Assembly: GCA_964016885.1 (NCBI GenBank)
Contig: OZ024747.1
Span: 80,662,001 to 80,726,000, forward strand
From: Eledone cirrhosa
Lineage: Eukaryota
Reading direction: 5' to 3'
DNA: 64,000 nt
The position numbers and the translations under genes are program-made. Below the pieces are notes generated by a model. It had not been told where the DNA came from. It ran no database searches and saw only the letters and a list, made by a program, of their open reading frames with translations. Below are positions 26,650 through 41,129 of the stretch, piece after piece (position 1 is the stretch's first letter; every line of letters starts with the position of its first letter).

Positions 26650-27615
26650 GATCTCTAGAACGTTTTCGTGGAACCGATTTCATGAATCAGTGCTGTAGAT
26701 AAATAGAGAATATCTGATACTACAGAGCTATGAACTATATGCGTTAAGATTTTTGTTTTAAGTCTGTGTATTCAAATCATATCTTCGTCGTATATTCATT
26801 ATCCCACTGTGTCTGATAAAGTGTATGAGCGTTTGTTGTTATAACTATATAATCTCAGATAATGAAACCTATGGTTAAAATAATCCAGTGATGTTAATCC
26901 ATTTATTTTTTCCGATTTGCTTTTATATCTTGAAAATTGTATGGTTGGAAATGAAGATTTAGTGGTTACTTCTAACGGCACTCACTATGTCAAGCCCACA
27001 CCTCGTTAAATACTATGCTTCAGGCGCTTGATTCGGTTCTCGTTTCCTCAATATAAATTTGACATTCCTCAATATTAATTTAATATTATATCAAATATTA
27101 TAGAACAAGTGATAAGGTCACACTTATACGCAGTTACGATGGTTTGATTCATGTTTTGAATTGAACTGACTTCTGTTATGATACTAATGAACGTGATAAA
27201 GGCTTTTGCATCGGCAATACTGCTTTCTACCATATAATTTTGGCAATTTTTATCTAAATAAAAACAATTGAATAACCATTGATACTTTGGATACATAGGA
27301 AATTGGCCAGTGGAAACTTTTAAAATCTCCTCAGTTAACTGCGTTTAACGTCCACCTAACAAGTAGAATCTTCGCAACTTAAATTGGAGCTTTGCTAACA
27401 ATTGTTAATAAGCTTGATAAATTGAGTGTTACGTCAGAGATTTCTTCATCTAAAACTTCTGAGCTAGCACGAGATATAACTTCCAACATTCAACACAACT
27501 ACTGCCAATTAAATAGCTGTTGAACGTAAAGGTTGCTAATTTAAACTTGTGTGATTTATGGTAATATTTGTTATTTCTTTGAGATGTTACAGTAGCAATC
27601 AAATATCATAGGAAA
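26650..27615 (-). pseudogene. Possible decayed exon of an ANF-receptor/iGluR amino-terminal domain
   Basis: Pyrimidine tract and TAG acceptor at ~27616. Broken frames read LSSLLTIV..LRRFYLLGG..TEEILKV..MYPKYQWLF..TAYKCDLI..KINGLTSLDYF..LRLYSY..DTVG. Multiple stops and frameshifts. Judged by eye. Confidence 0.3.
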
Positions 27616-27852
27616 CTAGAGGAAAGCAAGAACAGACAGGAACTTGTTAGTGAAATATGTGATAAACATTACTATGACAACAACGTTCGTATTTCTTTTT
27701 TTTTTTAATAGCTCAGTTACACTAAGACACATCTAGCAACACTAACAAGAAAATAAGGTGAATAGATATACATACGTATACACATTCACAGAGATATTGA
27801 AACACACACATTACACACTCACACACATAAACACAAACACACAAACACACTC

Positions 27853-27883
<31 letters not shown>

Positions 27884-28001
27884 TAATATTCAGAAATATA
27901 TATGTATTTATATATATTATATGTGTGTATAAAGGTATGTGTATGTATATATATATATATTGAGAATTACACACACAAACACATACACATATGAATACAC
28001 A

Positions 28002-28050
<49 letters not shown>

Positions 28051-28073
28051 GTATGTATATATGTTTATATATG

Positions 28074-28136
<63 letters not shown>

Positions 28137-28159
28137 GTATGTATATATGTTTATATATG

Positions 28160-28241
<82 letters not shown>

Positions 28242-28254
28242 CACATATATATAC

Positions 28255-28343
<89 letters not shown>

Positions 28344-28364
28344 TATACACACATATATATACAC

Positions 28365-29340
28365 ACTTTATAGCAGTTGGTTTAGACCCCGGATACTTGT
28401 CCCCTTTTTCCGACCGCTCCCACTACTCTCTGTGCCCTCTATATTTCTTAGTGGCACTTATGCCTTATTTTTTCGTTTCAGTATTTCTTTCTTCGCTTTT
28501 CTTTTGGGCGGGGTGGATTCTGAATTTATTCTTCCGTATTCTACTTTTACTTCGTACGAACTTTCATGTAGCTTGTTTTAGATCTTTTAGAGTTAGCATT
28601 AGTATATATTTTTCTCGGGACTCAGAATTATTATCTCGTATTAGTTCACTTTGCTGCACTGGGTGGTTGCCGGAATTGTGCCCGGGATGGAAACCTTTAT
28701 TGTTTATTTCGTGGTAGTCTCTTTAGTATTTTGGCCCCTTTTGTTGACCCGTCACCGTATCATTTACGTACTTATATCTCTTAACAGGGTCCTCGCCTAT
28801 ATCGTCCCACCTAGTTCTTTTACTTATTTCGTTATTTCTTTATTTCTTTCTTTACTTCTTTCTTTCTTTCTTTATTTATTTTTTCTAGACTAACAATAGC
28901 TAGAGACCTAGGTCGTAGAATTTAATTTACTTTACTTTTTTCTTTACACTCATTTGTTTTTCTTTACACTTATTTGCTTTTCTTCACTCTCAGTACTATT
29001 TCTACCCCCCCATTGTTCTACCTACCGTTCCGACTCCCCCCCCCCTCCCCCTCCCCTGTATCTTCTTTGACCTCATGCCCAGCTGTAGCTGGCACTACAA
29101 ACGCTTGATTGGGGCTACTCCACCCCTCCCCTCTTTCTCCTACTGGCAGGTTTAGCCACCATCTCCCCTACTAATTTGCAACCACAGAATTACTACTGAT
29201 TTTTGACAATCACTTTGACCATATATGGAATTACCCCTTGAGAAGATCGGCTATTTAAATACCAGGATAAATTTTCATTTAGTCCAGAATTAGCCGTCGA
29301 AACGGCTTGAGCTCAGCTGTCGGGGTCTTACTGGTTCCTA
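28365..29340 (+). mobile_element. Non-coding insert in (TA)n, probably the 3' UTR/pLTR of a Penelope-like element
   Basis: Flanked by (TA)n on both sides. Pyrimidine-rich body like the 3' UTR of the 60-63 kb element. Ends with a hammerhead-like fold. Confidence 0.55.
29233..29326 (+). ncRNA. Variant-core hammerhead-like fold
   Basis: ACCCC-TTGAGAA-GA(T)CGGCTA...TAGCCGTC-GAAA-CGGCT(TGAGCTC)AGCTG-TC-GGGGT. All three stems pair, but the core is TTGAGAA rather than CTGANGA. Confidence 0.6.
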
Positions 29341-29355
29341 TATATATATATATAT

Positions 29356-29530
29356 ATATTTATTAAAATAACAGATTAAAGTTTAAGCAAAGGGTGAAAG
29401 CAGCGATTCTTTGCTTAAACTTTAATCTGTTATTTTAATAAATATTTGCTCTACGGTTCTTATATATTTGATATATATTTTCCTTATCGAGCCCTCTTTG
29501 GATTTTAGTCTTCAATTTTATTATTATTAC
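29356..29530. repeat. Fold-back unit between (TA)n tracts
   Basis: 37-bp perfect arms 29356-29392 / 29409-29445 with a 16-nt spacer containing GAAAGCA. Related sequence at 47393-47445 and 45452-45639. Confidence 0.9.
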
Positions 29531-29763
29531 TATATATATATATATATATATAAAAGTTACGGGCGAAAGAGGGTAATACCCATCGTCAGCTGTCTGCTAG
29601 AAATCATAGGTATTTCTTCGTGTTAGAGACAAGATACCTAAGCCTAGGGTGAACAGTAACTAAAATAAGTTATTGGGACGAAAAAGGGGGGGAGAGAGAG
29701 AAAAAAATGTAAACAGACACGAAGGGTGAAGCAACGTAATATATATATATATGTATATATATC

Positions 29764-29866
<103 letters not shown>

Positions 29867-30053
29867 ATATATATATATACATTGTTATACTTGGGGAGTG
29901 TCATATTTCTGTAATAATATTGCCAGAATTAATAACAGAACACACTCACTGTTTAGTTGGAACTTTGTTAGACTATATATATGTGTTTGTCTCTATATTG
30001 TATCTGTATTTTTCACCGTTGGTCAGTCAATAGTAGCATTGAGGAACGAATAA

Positions 30054-30403
30054 ATTAAATTAAGCGATATAAAAGACACAGAAGCGAAAACCAACCAGAT
30101 AGAGAGTGTGTTCTATTATTAATTATGGCAATACTATTACACAAATATAACCCTCCCCAAGTATAACAATATTTGTTTCGACACACGATTTCATATCAAA
30201 AACCTCTCAAAACTATATATATATATATATGTATATATATATAGTTTTGAGAGGTTTTTGATATGAAATCGTGTGTCGAAACAAATATTGTTATATTTGG
30301 GGAGGGTTATATTTGTGTAATAGTATTGCCATAATTAATAATAGAACACACTCTCTATCTGGTTGGTTTTCGCTTCTGTGTCTTTTATATCGCTTAATTT
30401 AAT
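30054..30403. repeat. 350-bp palindrome centred on (TA)n
   Basis: Arms ~160 bp (30054-30213 / 30244-30403) with one visible mismatch. A diverged third copy of the arm lies at 29881-29960. Confidence 0.95.
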
Positions 30404-30456
30404 GTACGTACGAGAGTGTGTGTATATATATATGTGTGTAGGCGTGTATCTGTATG

Positions 30457-30492
<36 letters not shown>

Positions 30493-30497
30493 AAGAG

Positions 30498-31529
<1,032 letters not shown>

Positions 31530-31564
31530 CTGTTTGCATAATTGCAAACAAACCGAATATTATG

Positions 31565-31750
31565 TGTCAGTATCGGTAGAGGGTCAGACGCCATGCTTTG
31601 CAGCAGAGAGTTACGGCCCTTTATGATATGAGTTCAAATCCCACCGATGTTAACTTTGCCATTCATCCTTACGGGGTCGATAAAATAAAATACCAGTAGC
31701 TCAGTGGGATAATTGCTGGCCTTGTGCCTAATGTAGAAACAATTATTAAT
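31565..31750 (+). mobile_element. SINE family A
   Basis: Similarity to 6371-6563. Confidence 0.85.
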
Positions 31751-31899
31751 ATTCGAAAAACTAAACTCACATTATATTTATTGTATTCGGCCATGTAAAG
31801 CGATAAACTATTGGTTAGTTATTTAAATATATAAAAAATATACCTGTATCATGTATGTACGTACGTATGTATGCATGTATGTATATATGTATGTATATG

Positions 31900-32015
<116 letters not shown>

Positions 32016-32212
32016 CATATACATATATAGATACATGCATACATACGTACCAACACACATGTATATTTATATGTATATATAAACGGAAAAAATGAAACGA
32101 AATTTCATTTCCCACTCTTATATATATATACCAACACCCCACTCTCCAGAGCGTTAAATTAATAAACATTCGTTGTATTGCCTCTCTGTTTTGTCCCTGT
32201 TCAAATTTTTCC

Positions 32213-32254
<42 letters not shown>

Positions 32255-32873
32255 TGACTATGTATGTTTGTCAACACACAAACACCCTACGCACACACAC
32301 GTCCACCCACACAAAAATACACACACACATTTAATCGTCTGATATTTATAAACATTCGCCAATCACGTGTACTACGTGTCTCAGAAATATATAATAGTGT
32401 AGGCATCTCTGCTTTAGTTTACGTTGCATTTCTGAATCCAATGTTCGCGTTACATTTCTTTCTTCAACTTGCTGTCATATCATTACAGAAGTGATCGAAT
32501 TTTTGACATGTATTATTTGTAAATCGATACCTATGCTGATTGGGAAGACTGTTGGGAAGTTTAGCGCCTTTAATTATACAATGTTTAGTGATGGATGGAT
32601 AAAAGTCAATTGTATCAAATTGGTTGAATGTGTATTTTTCTTTATGTTGGATGTATATGAACGAAATTATAACTGCTACACTGTCTCTCGAAAGTGGTAC
32701 ACTGGGCGCCTCTCTGGATATATAGACATTCATAAAATAGTTATATAAATCTTAAAGAGATGTGTAACATGTTTGTAAGATCGAGAAAACCAAATGAATA
32801 TCAACGTTCATCTACAGATACCTAGTTATCTAACGACAGCAACAGTTGACTGATAAAATGACAAGTCAGTCAA

Positions 32874-33075
32874 TCATATTGGTGGCCTCCCCACAGCCCC
32901 GGTGGACAGAATGGAGAAGGCGTTTCCACGGAGGACGGCAAGGGAGACGCGCTGGAAAAGCCATTCCAACTCGCGAGGCTCACACCTGTGGCTGACCAGC
33001 TCAGCGCCTATGGTGGTGAGTAGGGAGGTAGCCCTAGGGCCGAGGACACCAGAAGTCTCTACTGCCAAGTATACG
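32874..33075 (-). mobile_element. CRE-clade non-LTR retrotransposon 3' fragment
   Basis: AVETSGVLGPRA..L..E..WLFQRVSLAVLRGNAFSIL is the characteristic CRE-type REL C-terminus. GC-rich island. Confidence 0.75.
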
Positions 33076-33249
33076 ACCGCAGTGGTTGATATTTATCAAG
33101 TAAACTTTTACTGATTATTCGATGTTAAGCTCGTGAAATAAACATTTTTTTACGTGTGAGAATTTCTAGTGTTTCATATATGTTAAGCCCATGAGTTTGG
33201 CCTCGTTATTTCTAGAATTGATTGTGCTATTAATGAGTTTTTACATTAT

Positions 33250-33672
33250 TAATGATTTCTATTATAGGCACGAGGCTAGCAATTTGAGGAGAGGGGAAAA
33301 TCAATTAAATCGACCCCAGTGCATCACTGGTGCTTTATTTTGTCGACTCCGTTAGGAGGAAAGACAAAGATAACCTCAGCGGGATTTGAACTCAGAACGT
33401 AAAGGATCATAACTCTATGCTGCCAAGCATAATGTCTGACGTTCTACCGATACTGCCACTCCACCACCCTTATTACGTTCTTAATAGCTGTTTCTACTTT
33501 AGGCACAAGGCCAGCAATTTCTCCAGTGTATTACTGGTACTTTATTTTATCGACGCCGTAAGGATGAAAGGCAAAGTTAACTTCGGCGGGATTTGAACTC
33601 AGACCATAAAAGGCCGTAACTCTATGCGTCAAAGCATGCCGTCCGACCCTCTACCGATACTGCCAAATCCAA
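33250..33672 (-). mobile_element. Two tandem SINE family A copies
   Basis: Reverse-complement matches at 33250-33470 (long variant) and 33485-33672 (short variant). Confidence 0.85.
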
Positions 33673-34023
33673 TGTTATACCTGCACATAACCTATGTGTT
33701 CCTTGATTTGTCTGCCTTCACAAATATTTTATTGAGTTACTCTCTGTTTTTTATACTGTTTGTCTTCTCTCCTACAGTCTTTCAAATTATGTTCTCTACT
33801 ACGTATTTCAAAGACATCCGTTTTAGCTATTTTAGATTGATTGTTGCCTAATGGCTTAATTCTGTTCCGCGTGCCAAATTTTGTTTCTTTTGTTTGACAA
33901 AGATGAAACACATCTTCCAAAGCATTATTCTGATTAGGTCTATTGTGGTAAACTTTACGTATTTAAGGTGTTTGTGTGTGTGTGTATATATATATATACA
34001 TATATATATAGACATATATATAG

Positions 34024-34110
<87 letters not shown>

Positions 34111-35332
34111 TGGTGAATAAGTTTATCGGATGGTTGTTGATATCCAATTGTTGTGTGTAGTATGTAAAGAAGCGTTACACTTGGTTAGGAGTGTGTTAAT
34201 ATAAACTTACATCAATATTAAACAAACAAGATCTCAGTAGAAATTTACATTGTATTATATAATTTATTAAGAGCTGAGTATTCTGTCTTTATATTACAGT
34301 TGTTTGCTTTGGCATAAAACGATTCCTTAGTTAATATGGGTGAAGGTCTATTATTCCACATTCATATATTGATTCTCAGCAAAGTATGTAGACTAGCAGT
34401 TGTTTCGGTGACGGTTTATTTGACTTTTAAGAAATATATTTACACTCGATGCTGTATTTATGAGGACCACATATCTGAGGCTTAAGCTAATCGGATTGAT
34501 ATTTCAGTATATGTTTCTGTTGAGAGGTTTGTGATATGTACTTGTGATGTGTTATTTGATTCGTAAGACGTGTTTTTAAACTAGGTGTTGTGTTTTTTTT
34601 CTGTATCTGTGTGTTTGTTTGATATATATGTGTCCAAGGCTCTAAGAAAACAAAGTGGTATGAAAGCGGTTAATATGTAGATTTGTTAACACAGAAGCAA
34701 CGAGAAAACATTTTCTTGGGGTTTTAAAACCGGGCATTAAAGACACGAAGATTAATTCAATTTATTGAATGACAGTAAACTTATTTATTTGGGAGGGGGC
34801 CAGGAACTTGTGATATCAAAGAGGTGAAGGTAAAACCCGCATCTAGGATGCTACATGCAGCGACATTTTCTCCAGCGGCAACACACTCTCCCAATGCCCT
34901 CACTATATCAATTATCACCAAACTACCCCCCTCTCTATATCTACCATACAACACTCTCTCTCATTCCCTCTGACTCTATCCATCACTACCAAACTCTCCC
35001 CCTCTCTATATCTACATTACAACAATCTCTCCCAAATCCCCCTCTATATATCAAGTAGCACCAAACTCTCTCCTTCTCTATATTTACTACACAGAACTCT
35101 CTGCCAATATGAAGGAATATAGTTATAGGTGATTGTAGCATCTAATGCTATAGCTGCTGCTGCTGTTGTTGTTGTTGTTATTGTTGTTGGCATATATATT
35201 GCCGCTGTTGTTGATGGTTGTGCTGGTGGTGGCTGTGATGGTGGTAATAATGGAGATGATGATGATAATGATGATGAAGGCATGCACTTATTGGTGTTTG
35301 TGGCATATATGCCAGTGCAGTTGATGGTAGTT

Positions 35333-35375
<43 letters not shown>

Positions 35376-35477
35376 GGTTGAAGATGATCAATAAATTTTG
35401 TATTAAACACACACACATACGCACGCACACACACACAGAGAAACATTGAGGTACATACACACACAGAAACATAGAGG

Positions 35478-36461
35478 CAGTGGTGGACTGGCCAGGTTGC
35501 TAGGTTGCCCAATGGCAAGTGGACAGCAGGGGGTACACGATAACGTTGCAAGAGCCCACGGTAGCATTTTAGGAGCCAATGCTTTGCTTAAAAAAAATAC
35601 CTGACTTTTAAGAGAAAGAATAAGAAAAAAATGAATAAATAAAACAATTAACCAAAGCATTTGTTCAACCAAGGAGAGGGAGAAATGAGGTGGAACAGAA
35701 ATGAAACATGGATTTTAGGTTAAAATATAGTCTAGATAGATGAGAAACAAAACGAGAATGTAGTTTTTGGAACACCCAAATGATTTAGAAGTTGACCTTA
35801 AGTAGGAGCAATAACATTAAGAAAGACATGAACGACACCACAACACTTTGTTTTGAAAATTTTGAAAGTAGGTTTATAAGTATGAATTTTCATAAGATTT
35901 GCGGAGTTGTCCCTGTGGCCTACCGGTAGATACTAGAGACGGCGAAGAACCTGGACTTGGGTTCAATCCTGGTCAAGAGGTACATGTAACCATTTGTAGT
36001 TTTTATTTTACAACCAATAGAAAAAAACTGAAAAGGTTTACCAGAAACTTTATCCCCTACCAGGATCGAACTTCACACCAGGATCAGCACCATCTATAAT
36101 TTCTCTACCTAGGCCACCGAGACAGCTACAAAAGTTTAATGAAAATTGATAATTATAAACCTACTTTCAAAGTTAAAAAGATGTGGTGTTGTTCATGGCT
36201 TTCTTAACGCTATTAGTAATATTTAGGGTCGACTTCTGGTCATTATTGAAAGTCTCTTGATTTCGCAAAATACATAATATTTTTTATTGGAGAAGGTAAG
36301 ATATTTTTCCGCAAAAATTTGATTGCACTGTTTTGTTTCCACTTATGTATTTTTCGAAAATGTTATTTATTCATTATAAAAATTAAATGATAGAATTATA
36401 TATGTAGGTGGGCCTCCTTCATCATCTGGCAACCAATATTTTTAGATCCAGTCCGCCACTG
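35478..36461. mobile_element. Non-autonomous hAT-type DNA transposon
   Basis: 14-bp TIRs CAGTGGTGGACTGG / CCAGTCCGCCACTG (1 mismatch) and perfect 8-bp TSD CATAGAGG (35470-35477, 36462-36469). Confidence 0.92.
35787..36237. repeat. Imperfect ~450-bp palindrome with a tRNA-like unit in each arm, inside the hAT element
   Basis: Arms match, e.g. TTTGAAAGTAGGTTTATAA / TTATAAACCTACTTTCAAA. Box A/B on + at 35916 and 35960, and on - at 36116 and 36072. Confidence 0.8.
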
Positions 36462-36813
36462 CATAGAGGTACATAAACGCACACATATACAGAGAAAGAC
36501 ATTTTATATCGTTAGTCTATTAGTGTATTAGTGATTCCACACAATTAAGTACCGGTATCCAGCATGGAGGTCTATTTGAATACGTGGTCCACATCATCTT
36601 TGAATCAATCTAAGAAAATCTATATATTTACATACTCATTTATATACATTTGTCGTCTACGAGTCAGTGTAATTTGGTGACGTCTAGAACGAAAGAGACG
36701 CAGATATACGTTAATATTTAAACGAGACAATTACACGAAGGCACTCCCACCCCATATACATACATATGCATACATATACATACATATATACTTACACACA
36801 CACACACACACAC

Positions 36814-36852
<39 letters not shown>

Positions 36853-37066
36853 CATACACTCATACATTCTACGTACATACATGCGCACATATAACCACAG
36901 AAACACACATATATACTCACATGAATCTGGAAGTTTATTTGTGTACCTATCTAAATAAATATATCTAGACAAATATACATACATATATGCTTTTATGTAT
37001 AATGTGGGTGGTATGGCATGTCCATATGTATATACATACCCCCCCCCCCCCATACACACTCTCTCT

Positions 37067-37097
<31 letters not shown>

Positions 37098-38109
37098 CTG
37101 TGTGTGCGTGTGTGTGTGTGTGTGTGAGAGAGAGAGCAATAATTTGAATTATGCTAACAGTTATTTCATCTGATTATCATAGAATATAAAATGAAAAGAA
37201 ACATCACGAAGTACAAATATTTACTTTCTGTATATTAGTTCGGGTTTTAATTAGAAATGATGTCTTTAATCAGATCGCAACTATGTTTTATATGCACACT
37301 TGCTTATATTTTCTGCACCTGTTTTAATGCACACTTCCTTGCAACCAACGTATCATTGGAATTATTGTCTATATTTCTACTTATTTATGCAACAATTGGA
37401 TTCGCAATGGTGAGGTTATGAGTTCGATTCCTAGACCAGGCGTTATGTCCTTGAGCAAGACACTTTATTTCATGTTGCTGCTTCTACCTGGAGTTGCGAC
37501 TGATAGTTAGTATTAGCAATTGGAAAGACCAATGGACACATTGTTTCCTCGGTCCAATTTGACGAAAGTCAATCGTTCCTTTATGCAAACATATTTTGTT
37601 GGGTTAATTTCTCCGTGTTCGTATGTATACGTGTGAGCGCATGTCTAATTATGTATAAATGTGTCAGATGAACCAGACCGGTGTCTATTCGGATCAATTC
37701 GAATTAAAATACATGGAATGTTAAATTCTATTGATATGGGGAACTGCGAAGGATTATATGTAATGGTTGAACCGGCAAACATATGACCAAAGAGGTTCTC
37801 ACCTTTACTAGACCTTGTATATTCAATAGATCTTTACCTATGTCTTTTGTCTTCTTAAGACGTTAAGGTATAATTTGCGTACGATTTGATTGTTATTTCT
37901 AGAAAATACATCTGCCACATAAATCCCGTGCGTTTTTAGTACCAGGCAGGAGTGACTTCCATGTGCATATAGGGGCATATCTATTCTGAGGAAAATAACG
38001 TAGCTTTTTTCTTCTTTATTTCTCTCTTTTTTCTCTATATTTCCCTATTCTTTCTTTTCTTTTGTTTCCCTTTTTTATTATTGCCGTCATTATGGTTGTC
38101 ATTATTATT

Positions 38110-38290
38110 GGGTTTGACGCCATGTTTTGCAGCAAAGAGTTACGGCACTTTATGATCTGAGTTCAAATGCCGCCGAGGTTAACTTTACCTTTCATCCTTA
38201 CGGAGTCGATAAAATAAAGCACCAGTAATACACTGGTATAATTGCTGGCTTTGTGCCAAAAGTAGAAACAATTATTATTATTATTATTTT
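38110..38290 (+). mobile_element. SINE family A ending in (ATT)n
   Basis: Central domain and tail match, followed by ATTATTATTATTATT. Confidence 0.8.
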
Positions 38291-40769
38291 TACTGTAAAT
38301 AATATCACGTTTATACAGATTTTACAAATTCAAAGGTATGAAACTGAGATAAGTTATACACATGTTATTTATACTAAATTATCTAAAAACTTATTTGAAA
38401 GACTCTTCATTGCTTTCCTCTGTCTCTATGCTGTTGTGTTATCTCATATGCATCGTCCAAACGACTCATTGAAAATATTTACCCTGTTTAATAATTAACC
38501 ATTGTCTGATGAGTAAAACTTTAATCTATACATACTGTACTTTAATTTATAATACTGAAAGTCAGCAAAGCATCAAATGCTGTGATGAATTATTGCATTG
38601 GAGTTTATTTTTTCTAAAATCTATTTACATTTAGGTGGACTAAAATATCGAAAACTAAACCATTTCCCCCGAGGACATAGAGATCTGCTGATTATAACTT
38701 TCGATTATTGAAAATACATAATCTCATTTAGTTTCGCACATACCCTCTCTCTGTCTGCTTGTCTGTCTGTCTGCCTATCTGTCTGTCTGTCTGCATCTGT
38801 CTCCCCCTCTCTCTCTCTCTCCCTAACCCACAGATGGAGGCGCACAGACGCATTGTTACAAACATATACAGACTCCCATACATGTATACATGTATTATCT
38901 GTTAATCTATGTTAATTTCTACTACATTTTATAACATCTATAGTACCAATGTGAGACAAATACAACCAATGTTTTAATTTTTCCTAGCCTGAGACGTCTC
39001 TCTCTATCTCTGTATATGTTTACAGCACTTATAATCCGAATTGTAACCAGAACATATCCTCAGTGTTCTTAATAGAATTAACCGAATTAATCATTCATTA
39101 AAATGCATAAAAGTTTTAGCGACATCACCATTTTAATGTATTATCTTTGTTGGAGTTTTGATATGTTCCCATGTGAAATATTAATTCTATTTCCCTTACA
39201 TGAATGTTTCATGTAAAACCATGAAATGCATATGATTATAAATATCTTTTCATATTCATATGAGGCTGTTGCCGTTGTCGCTACTGTTTTTGCTGTTGGT
39301 ATTGTTGCTGTTGCTTTTGGTACTGTTGCTTTTATTGTTATTACTTTTGTATTTTTATTGTTGCTTTAGTCGTTACTTGTTTAATGAATTCCAGTGCGAT
39401 ACTTAGAATATAACTAGTATAGTAATAATACAGCTGAGTAAAGAACTGCATACAAGAAACTTGGCAGCGAGCATTGCTATCAGAATGAGCCAGCAGTATT
39501 GTCATTTCTATTTAGTTTGTTCTTCATGTCATCGCTATTACTGGGAAACTGGGTGGAGAGATTACTCCTGTATTTGTAAATACGCAAAGAGTGATGAATA
39601 GTTTGAAATACCAACGTCAATGAGTAGAAAAGTAACTTTCTGCTAAGCTTGGTAGTAATACCTCTCGATTATTGAGTCTTCAAAGATCTGTATGCTGTTA
39701 CTAGCAACGGATTGCGTCCGTGGCTAAGAAATCGAGCTCTCGACTTCTCAGCATATATACTTCTGTCTGATTCGGTTACCGTACTTGGAACCGTAAATAT
39801 ATGGTTAGACGTAGTGTTAGTGTGAGACAGCAACCGCACTATAATATTCACCGTCCAATAGATCCGATTTAAATTTCTACTGTAGGTAGACCTCATCTGT
39901 GATAGACTGTCACCATAGAGTAGGGTGGAGTTGTGACTGATTTCTCAATAACATCAAGCCATAGAAAACACCGACCAATAGGATTATTTGTGAAATGCCA
40001 CATTCTGCGAAGGCAAGGAAATTATATGTGCATTTTTTTAAAGCATTTCGTATTTGAAATAGGTGAGAACATATTGAAAGAAGGCATAGAAGAATGAACA
40101 AAAAGATACTGTTCCGAAATGTCATCATTCATGTTCATATTGTAATGTGGAAACATTTCGAATACTAAGAAAAAGTATTTCCAATATAAAAAAACCCCTG
40201 CAAAATGTAGATATTTATATATTAAAAATGATTTATCATTTAGGTATGAAACATTACCATTTACTAAGGATTTTAGAAATAAATAAACGTATACCTACAC
40301 ACACGTTCACGTAGTTGTATGTAATATAAATCGATGAACGGAAATGTATGTATGTATGTATGTATGTATGTATGTATGTATGTATGTATGTATGTATGTA
40401 TGTATGTATGTATGTATGTATGCATGTATGTATGTGTCTATGTATGTATGTGTGTATGTATGTATGTTCTTAGGGGTTTATTATATAAAAATATATATAT
40501 TTCCACCAATAGAAATAGAGGTAGGGAGGGAGGAGGTGGTTGTTATAGAAACAAGACCCTTTCAATGGAATTTCAACAGCATCATGTATGTAAATACGTA
40601 TATATATTTGTATGTGTTTGTATGGTGTGTATGTATGGATCTGTATACATATGAGTCATATGTATACACGTGCATATGTTTCTGTGAATATACATATGTA
40701 TATGTAGTGATTACATGTATTTCTGAATTGTTTTACATATTTTAAGAGTTCTAGTAATGAACTGTTCAT

Positions 40770-41000
40770 ACAAACTCATAACTAAATGGGCTCTTTCTGG
40801 TGAAGCCCAGCTTCTCGAGATTTGTACTGAGGCAGTACAAATGATCACTGAGCCCCAATAATCACAGGCACATTTCTAAATGTATAATGAGATTGGAGTA
40901 TCTGCAGATTCCTCATTAGTTCAGTATAAATGTTTTCTTTTTCTTTAATCTTTAGAATTATATTGAAATCCGCTGGGTAGCTGATTCTCACTACTGTGGA
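40770..41000 (-). mobile_element. Older, diverged R4/Dong-type REL fragment
   Basis: VVRISYPADFNIILKIKEKENIYTELMRNLQIL..VPVIIGA is homologous to the 21925-23130 protein. Confidence 0.85.
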
Positions 41001-41129
41001 CACCTCGGGGGGAAACTTTCTAGGTGCAAATCCCATGGTCATTCGTGGCCGAAGGGGTCTTCTCCTCTCTTCTATCAGCAAAAAAACACATGCATGGCTA
41101 TGTTCCCAGAAAGCTTATGTGTGAGTGTC

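Larger units (their letters stand above)
32410..34800 (-). mobile_element. Heavily decayed Penelope-like element, interrupted by later insertions
   Basis: KYTFNQFDTIDFYPSITK (~32600) matches KFIQFDIDEYYSSIS of the intact element. PLPNK and GFKT near 34700-34800 echo IPIPNK and YGFKS. Confidence 0.5.
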
